Shown piece by piece: positions 25,853-32,000 of a stretch of 32,000 bases of DNA. The position numbers and the translations under genes are program-made. How positions within the stretch are numbered: position 1 is the first letter of the stretch; each line of letters begins with the position of its first letter. Source of the stretch: Candidatus Hermodarchaeota archaeon (GTDB lineage: Archaea; Asgardarchaeota; Heimdallarchaeia; Hodarchaeales; Hodarchaeaceae); the NCBI GenBank assembly GCA_048886185.1, contig JBHLKY010000008.1, positions 123,047 through 155,046 on the forward strand, in the 5' to 3' direction. The notes beneath the pieces were generated by a model, which ran no database searches, was not told the origin of the DNA, and saw only the letters and a list, made by a program, of their open reading frames with translations.

Positions 25853-27769
25853 TTAGCTTGGGAACCCTACAGTTTTGGTTGGTGGTGTAACTCTTTCAGG
25901 TTGAGAGGTAGTTATCGCAGAAACATGCTTCTTTTTATCCCACCCAATCAATGCTATTGATAAAACTTCATCAATATCTTCAACTGGGGTAATCTGAACT
26001 GATTCTCGGATTTTTTCATCCAGAACTACATCCTCAAAGTTCTTGGCTGGAATAATTATCTGATTGATACCAACGCTAGCTGCTCCCTCTATTTTTGCAG
26101 ATGTTCCTCCCACAGGAAGAACTTCTCCTCGTACTGAAAGGGATCCAGTCATTGCTAGATCTTGACGAACTGGTAGATTAAGTAGATCACTCATAATGGC
26201 AGTAGCAATAGTAACACTCGCACTATCTCCATCAATACCATGAACCCCTAGAAATTGGATATGAACATCCATCTTTGAGATATCTTTTCCAGTGTATTTT
26301 TTAATAAGAGCAGATACGTTTTGAACTGATTCTCTTGCTATTACACGAAGACTTCCTGTAGCAATTGTTTTCCCACCCACTCCTTGAGCAGGAACCACTT
26401 GAGCTTCTATTGGAGTTATATGTCCTCCACGAGCGCCCCCTGTTTGATCAGCGATAACTGCAAGCCCATTAACACGCCCAACTAACCCACCTGTGGTTTG
26501 AATTACTTGATATTCTTTTTTCTGTTCTATTTGTCTATCAGCTATCTGATTCTCTAGAGAACGAGCAAGATCTCGAGCACTTAAAACATGCCTTGGTTCT
26601 ACAAACGCAACTCCCTCTTCGCGCGCAATATCGCCAGCTGCTCTTATCAGTCCACCTAAATCCCTTAACCTAAGTGAAAGCCTATTTTTGCGATCTGCAC
26701 GTTTTTTCGCCTCTAAAACAACAGATAACACGGCACTTCGGGAAAAATGAGGAATTTTTCCATCTTTAGCAACTTCTTGAGCTGTAAAACGTACTAATTT
26801 TCGACGATTTTCCATAGTGTCTGGCATGGAATGATTTACAGCGATTTCATAGCCATATCCACGAATACGTGAGCGTAATGCAGGATGCATTCGTCGAACT
26901 GTGTCGATATTGCCCGACGCTACTAATACAAAATCACAAGGAACAGATTCAGTTCGTACCATTGCCCCACTTGAGAGTTCTGATTGTCCAGTAATAGCCA
27001 ACTGTTTTTCTTGCATTGCGGTTAATAGCTGTTGTTGGGTTTTTTGATTTAATGTAGCTACCTCATCAATGTAAAGAACTCCTTTATGCGATTTATGTAT
27101 TAAACCAGCTTCAACCCGATCATGTGCAGGAGTACCTAATCCGCCTGATTGAAATGGGTCGTGGCGAACATCTCCTAAAAGCGCTCCTGCATGAGCTCCT
27201 GTGGCATCATTAAATGGGGCGCTCGTACTTTCGGAATTATCCACTAATAGCTTTGGTACTAAATTTTCTCTTCTACTTCGGAACTGTCCGATAACAAAAA
27301 ATGCTACCAAAGCTACAAAAATACCCATAAGTATTGCATTAACATCTCCCCCACTTAGGAATAATGCAATAATAATGATTATTGCTGGAATCCCTAATAA
27401 CAGCATACTTCGTTGTTGATCAGCTTTTCTAGCTAATTGCTTGTAATGATCCACAATTTTTCGTCCTTCCATTGTTGGAACAGTCATTATACGAGGAGTA
27501 TGGGAATCATTCTGATTAGGAAGACATAAAATATCTTCCAATTCTTCTCGTGGCAATAATTCAGCTAGGGCTTGTCCCAACATCGATTTCCCTGTGCCTG
27601 GATCCCCTATTAAAAGTACGTTTCGTCGTTGAATCGCGGCTTTTTTAATAATTTCAACTGGTAATTCCTGACCAATAACCTGATCAACTAATCTCGAGGG
27701 AATTGGGATCTCTTGAGTTGTTTTGAAATCCATATCTACATCTATCAAATCAATATTCTTTTTTTCCAT
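25853..27769 (-). CDS. lonB: Archaeal membrane-anchored Lon protease (LonB)
   Basis: GDPGTGKS, two-TM insertion, YIDEV, catalytic DGDSAS and GGTSAKIEGA. Confidence 0.97.
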   Translation of the reverse strand: MEKKNIDLIDVDMDFKTTQEIPIPSRLVDQVIGQELPVEIIKKAAIQRRNVLLIGDPGTGKSMLGQALAELLPREELEDILCLPNQNDSHTPRIMTVPTMEGRKIVDHYKQLARKADQQRSMLLLGIPAIIIIIALFLSGGDVNAILMGIFVALVAFFVIGQFRSRRENLVPKLLVDNSESTSAPFNDATGAHAGALLGDVRHDPFQSGGLGTPAHDRVEAGLIHKSHKGVLYIDEVATLNQKTQQQLLTAMQEKQLAITGQSELSSGAMVRTESVPCDFVLVASGNIDTVRRMHPALRSRIRGYGYEIAVNHSMPDTMENRRKLVRFTAQEVAKDGKIPHFSRSAVLSVVLEAKKRADRKNRLSLRLRDLGGLIRAAGDIAREEGVAFVEPRHVLSARDLARSLENQIADRQIEQKKEYQVIQTTGGLVGRVNGLAVIADQTGGARGGHITPIEAQVVPAQGVGGKTIATGSLRVIARESVQNVSALIKKYTGKDISKMDVHIQFLGVHGIDGDSASVTIATAIMSDLLNLPVRQDLAMTGSLSVRGEVLPVGGTSAKIEGAASVGINQIIIPAKNFEDVVLDEKIRESVQITPVEDIDEVLSIALIGWDKKKHVSAITTSQPERVTPPTKTVGFPS

Positions 27770-28162
27770 TTGATCATTCCAACATTCTAGAAAGACGAAC
27801 TAACCACCAATGTAAGATTAGTATGTTTTTTGGGTATTTACTTCTTATGAACTCGAAAAAAGTTTTTAATTTTAAATAACTCTTTGCCCAGTTCCATGTT
27901 GCCTGGGTTGTTAAGTACTTTTAAATGACTAGGTTTTATGAATAAATTAACTTATTTAAATTCGTCCATTGTTAGATATTCATACATCCAGCCATTAATT
28001 TATATTATCTCCTTTCTAAAATAACAATTTAATCTTAATATATTGTATTAGGTCATAGATAACGTATAAGTTTTATAAATCAGTAGATCTGACAATAAAA
28101 AGTGAAAGGAATAATAAAAATTCCTATTATAATTAATATTACTGAAGTACAAGTTAAAGGAA

Positions 28163-29302
28163 TCAGTAATTTGACCCTTTTGACACGGTAAAGACAAGTA
28201 TCTTTCGTGTGAGTGAACGATGAACATATTGAAGAAAACTTCTATAAGGTGCGTTTAAAATTCGGGCTGCTTGCTCTTCTATTTTAATATGAGATGGCAT
28301 TGCAACCACTACTCGAGCTCGAGGGCTCAATAAGGGGTATATTTCATGAAAAAAATGAATTAATAATTTCTGAAGGCTAATACCACGAGTAGAAGATGCA
28401 GTACCATAAGGAGGATCTGTGACAACTGCAGAAATAGCTCCTTTCCTAATACTCAATTGAGTGGCATCTCCAAATACCAAAGACGTTAATTGATTAGCAA
28501 TTTTATCTGCCTTTAGGTTCTGATAAGCACCCCAAAGCATTTTACGATTTATTTCAACTCCAATACTTTGTATACCCATCCTTGAGGCTTCCACGAGGGC
28601 TCCGCCTGATCCACAGAAAGGATCCAATAACCACTCCCCTGGTTTCAAAGCTGCAAGATTTATCATTGTACGTTGTAACAGAGGATTCATCGAGCTGGGA
28701 TGAAAAAAAGGACGCTTATGTACGCTTCTTCCACGAACCTCCCTGCGAAGTGAATAAGAAATAAGATGTCCAAACCAAAATCCATGTTCACTAAGAATTG
28801 AAATGAATTGCTCTTCTGGATTATCAAGGTTAACATTTTTAGATGGATTCGTTTCAAGAATTTGAGCACCTATAAAACGAGAAAGTCTTTGAGTCAAATC
28901 TCGGTTTTGAAATAGTCCTTTAGGTTCCCCAATCCGCTTTGTAGTTACAGAGAAAGATCGATTAGGTGTTAAATCTTGAACTACAGATATATCAAAAAGT
29001 GAAATCAGCTCATTGAATGTTGATGGGGGATAGAGATGATAATCTATTTGAAATAGTTGGTGACAACAAAAATGACTCATAGTAACCCTTTTCATTAGAA
29101 GTGAAGCATTTTTTGAAAAAAGGTTTTCTTTTTCCTTAGAAAGAAACCAAAACTCAAGCACTCTAGAGTCTGGACTTATTTTCGTTTGAGTTGAAATACC
29201 TAGTGTAGAGAGAATACTTTCAAATTCAAATGCAGCTAACTCGGGATTTTCTCCAGATAACAAACAGAAATATCTTTGTACATGGAACTGGTTGTCTATC
29301 AT
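28163..29302 (-). CDS. trm11: tRNA m2G10 methyltransferase Trm11/Trm-G10 (THUMP plus MTase)
   Basis: LLSGENPELAAFE, KRPFFHPSSMNP, LDPFCGSGG, VTDPPYG. Confidence 0.92.
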   Translation of the reverse strand: MIDNQFHVQRYFCLLSGENPELAAFEFESILSTLGISTQTKISPDSRVLEFWFLSKEKENLFSKNASLLMKRVTMSHFCCHQLFQIDYHLYPPSTFNELISLFDISVVQDLTPNRSFSVTTKRIGEPKGLFQNRDLTQRLSRFIGAQILETNPSKNVNLDNPEEQFISILSEHGFWFGHLISYSLRREVRGRSVHKRPFFHPSSMNPLLQRTMINLAALKPGEWLLDPFCGSGGALVEASRMGIQSIGVEINRKMLWGAYQNLKADKIANQLTSLVFGDATQLSIRKGAISAVVTDPPYGTASSTRGISLQKLLIHFFHEIYPLLSPRARVVVAMPSHIKIEEQAARILNAPYRSFLQYVHRSLTRKILVFTVSKGSNY

Positions 29303-29316
29303 CTTTATTCTATCTT

Positions 29317-30426
29317 TTAAGAATAATGAGGTAACGATTCAGAGATGATCTTAGCTTTCTGAATAACATACTGTATATCAATCATTGAAATCTGTGATTT
29401 TCCTTGAAGAATTGCGTGATGAATCACATTTTTGATGATTTTTTCTTTAAGGTCTCTTCCTGACCATTTCTGGCTTTGTTGTACAATAACATCCCATTGA
29501 ATTTCGTGGAATTGAATAGGAGAGGTATCAGCATATTTCTCAAGGATTTTCTTTCTTTCATTAGCATTTGGTAATTTGAATTCAATTAACTCTTCAAAAC
29601 GACTTAAAATCGCAGAGTCAAGGAGTTTAGGTTGATTGGTAGATCCAATTGTCACAATACCTTGATTTTTCTCTATACCATCCATTTCACCAAGTAAAGC
29701 ACTAACTAGTTCAACAACATCTCCTCTGATACCTTGGTAATTACGTTTCAATCCAATGGCGTCCAGTTCATCAAGAAACACAATAGCAGGAGCCTTCTTT
29801 CTTGCTTCTACATATAAATTTCTTATCTTTCTCGCACCATCTCCAGCATAAATCCCCAGAAGGTCACTTGCTTTAACTAGAAACATAGTACATTCCGTAG
29901 CTTGAGATAGTGCTCTTGCCATCATGGTTTTCCCATTCCCAGGAGGCCCCCAAAAAAGAATATTGCGAGGAGCCCATTTCGATTGAATTAAATCAGGATC
30001 ATTCAAGAACTTCATAATGACTTGACATTTTTCTTTGGCATTTTCTTGACCAACTATATCAAAAAAATGCAATTCTTCTTGTATCTGTGTAATGGGAGGT
30101 TCAGGAGAATCTTCCGAAAATAAGATAATTTGCGTCCTCTTAGATATTTGCGACTCACTGGGTTCTACATGAATAGCACGGAACGCATAATCAGGGTATA
30201 AGAGCGAATCAAATAAAAAATCCCCTTCCTTAACAATCAATCCTATCCACTGGCTACGCGCATATTGTTGAAACAAAGTTGGATCATCAGTAGTTAAAAA
30301 TGGTGAAATATCTTCACTCCTAGCGCGTAGAGGATAACCTACCGGGAGGAGAGTCAATGATTTCATTTTTCTTGAGCGTTTAAGTGATGGATCCCTTTTT
30401 GGCAGTATTTTGGATTGATGTTCCAA
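29317..30426 (-). CDS. AMA-type AAA+ ATPase (COG1223-like)
   Basis: N-domain motif PVGYPL, WAPRNILFWGPPGNGKT, FLDELDAI, ILSRFEE; single AAA module. Confidence 0.85.
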   Translation of the reverse strand: MEHQSKILPKRDPSLKRSRKMKSLTLLPVGYPLRARSEDISPFLTTDDPTLFQQYARSQWIGLIVKEGDFLFDSLLYPDYAFRAIHVEPSESQISKRTQIILFSEDSPEPPITQIQEELHFFDIVGQENAKEKCQVIMKFLNDPDLIQSKWAPRNILFWGPPGNGKTMMARALSQATECTMFLVKASDLLGIYAGDGARKIRNLYVEARKKAPAIVFLDELDAIGLKRNYQGIRGDVVELVSALLGEMDGIEKNQGIVTIGSTNQPKLLDSAILSRFEELIEFKLPNANERKKILEKYADTSPIQFHEIQWDVIVQQSQKWSGRDLKEKIIKNVIHHAILQGKSQISMIDIQYVIQKAKIISESLPHYS

Positions 30427-30684
30427 GAGATTTAATCATCTCCACTTTTTCATGCTTTATTCCTCCCTTCAATAATTACTTTCAAATCCTTTTTCAAACG
30501 ACGAAGTTATTAATACATGTGCTTAGTTGTGGAACAACTTTTTATTTCTAGATTTAGTGGTGTATTCAGCCTAAATTCAAGTCACAATCAAACAACCAAA
30601 TTAATATTATTTGATACTCTCAAAATAAATCCATCTTTCGTCACACTAAGGCATTAAGACCATTTAAAATCAAATCAAGAAATC

Positions 30685-30758
30685 GGGTTCGTGGTCTAGT
30701 TTGGTAGGATCTGCGCCTGGGGCGCGCAAGATCGGGGGTTCAAATCCCTCCGAACCCA
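30685..30758 (+). tRNA. tRNA-Pro(GGG)
   Basis: Acceptor GGGTTCG/CGAACCC, anticodon arm TGCGC-CTGGGGC-GCGCA, T loop TTCAAAT. Confidence 0.95.
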
Positions 30759-30969
30759 TCTTACTCTTTTTCATCTACTTGAAAAATAGTGATTGAATTC
30801 TCTCAAGGAACATTGTTCTAGATATTCAGCTCATACCTATTAATGAATTATTCTTTTTGACTTTCTATGAAAAATATCCCTTTCATTTCATCATATTATG
30901 AGAATGACATTAGTTCATTTATTTTTTTTGTCGGATAAATTATTAAGACAAAGAAGGAAGCTATTTTTT

Positions 30970-32000
30970 ATGGAATCGATTTTAAAAGATGCTTTGAACG
31001 GATCTGGTTCGTTTAAAAATCTAGGTGAACCTAAAAAAGAACCTATTTCTTTATACCCACCCCCTAGAAACCTAGAAAGTGAAATAGCAGATATACTCAC
31101 AGAAAGGTTACCTCGGGTTCAAGTTATCGGCGTAGGTGGAGCAGGGAATAATGCTGTGTATCGTTTAATGAGTGCGGGAGTGGATGCGGAATGTGTGGCA
31201 GTAAACACGGATGCTCAGCACTTATTATCGACCAGGGCTCATAAAAAAGTACTAATAGGTAAAGATACCTCCCGTGGTTTTGGAGCAGGAAATAATCCTG
31301 AAGTTGGCGAGACGGCTGCACGAGAATCATTGGATGACATTAAAGACATGATAAATCAGGCAAACATGGTTTTTGTCACTTGTGGTCTCGGGGGTGGAAC
31401 TGGTACTGGAGCTGCTCATGTTATTGCCAAGCAAGCAAAAGAAAAAGGAGCTCTCACTGTATCAATTTGCACTTTACCGTTTCAAATGGAAGGAGTAAAA
31501 CGATACGAAAATGCTAGAATGGGGCTGAAAAAACTTTACGAAGCATCGGACACAGTTATAGTCGTACCTAATGAAAAGCTCCTTCAAATCTCCGATGATA
31601 TAACTATGATGGCTGCATTCAGAATTGCTGATGAAGTCCTCCTCCGTGCTGTTAAAGCGATTACAGAATTGATTACGAAACCACAGTTAATTAACCTTGA
31701 CTTCGCTGATGTTCGTAAAATTTTAACTGAGGGTGGAATGGCTATGATCGGTCTAGGAGAGTCTGATCATCAGCACTTGAAAGTTGATGAAGCTGTCTTT
31801 GAATCGCTAAAAAATCCACTACTAGATGATTTAGATATTAGTAGTGCAAAAAAGGGATTAATATGTGTTTCAGGAGGAGAAGGACTTGCTCTGAAAGATG
31901 CTGAAGAAGCAGTTATGAAGATTGCATCAGAAATTGACAATTCAGCCGAAATAATCTGGGGAGCTACTATAGATCCTGATTTGGGGAGCAAGATTAGGAT
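30970..32000 (+). CDS. ftsZ: Cell division GTPase FtsZ, 3' end beyond the window (absent from the ORF track)
   Basis: My translation from ATG 30970 gives VIGVGGAGNN, NTDAQHL, GAGNNPEVG, GLGGGTGTGAA and the T7 loop INLDFADV. Confidence 0.97.
   Translation, partial: MESILKDALNGSGSFKNLGEPKKEPISLYPPPRNLESEIADILTERLPRVQVIGVGGAGNNAVYRLMSAGVDAECVAVNTDAQHLLSTRAHKKVLIGKDTSRGFGAGNNPEVGETAARESLDDIKDMINQANMVFVTCGLGGGTGTGAAHVIAKQAKEKGALTVSICTLPFQMEGVKRYENARMGLKKLYEASDTVIVVPNEKLLQISDDITMMAAFRIADEVLLRAVKAITELITKPQLINLDFADVRKILTEGGMAMIGLGESDHQHLKVDEAVFESLKNPLLDDLDISSAKKGLICVSGGEGLALKDAEEAVMKIASEIDNSAEIIWGATIDPDLGSKIR

Noticed and set aside
24918-31991. ORFs 24918..25226, 27201..27419, 28582..28764, 28687..28869, 30915..31100, 31124..31330 and 31770..31991
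   Set aside because: Shadows of the Zn-ribbon gene, lonB, trm11 and ftsZ.

Overview
Gene-dense core region of an AT-rich archaeal chromosome, most likely an Asgard archaeon (Heimdallarchaeia/Hodarchaeales-like). That assignment is inferred from an ARPC4-like protein, a roadblock protein, eL22 and eL38 occurring alongside archaeal housekeeping genes. Left end (1-5.3 kb): a membrane-anchored double winged-helix regulator followed by two paralogous, C-terminally anchored surface proteins. Next: a HIT hydrolase, an orphan type IV pilin, an ARPC4-like gene and a roadblock gene. Then the Zn-finger/aEF-1beta/cdc48 block and the exosome-proteasome superoperon (psmA, SBDS, rrp4, rrp41, rrp42, rpl37ae, brix, pcc1, pfdB, DUF3194, ttuA), with rpoP missing from its usual slot. 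These are followed by aIF5A, NAD kinase, nob1, eL38, UPF0147, an eL22-like gene, two radical SAM genes, three tandem tRNA-Arg genes (two with introns), lonB, trm11, an AMA-type AAA ATPase, tRNA-Pro and the 5' part of ftsZ. No mobile element or CRISPR array was seen. All family calls come from recalled motifs, not database searches.
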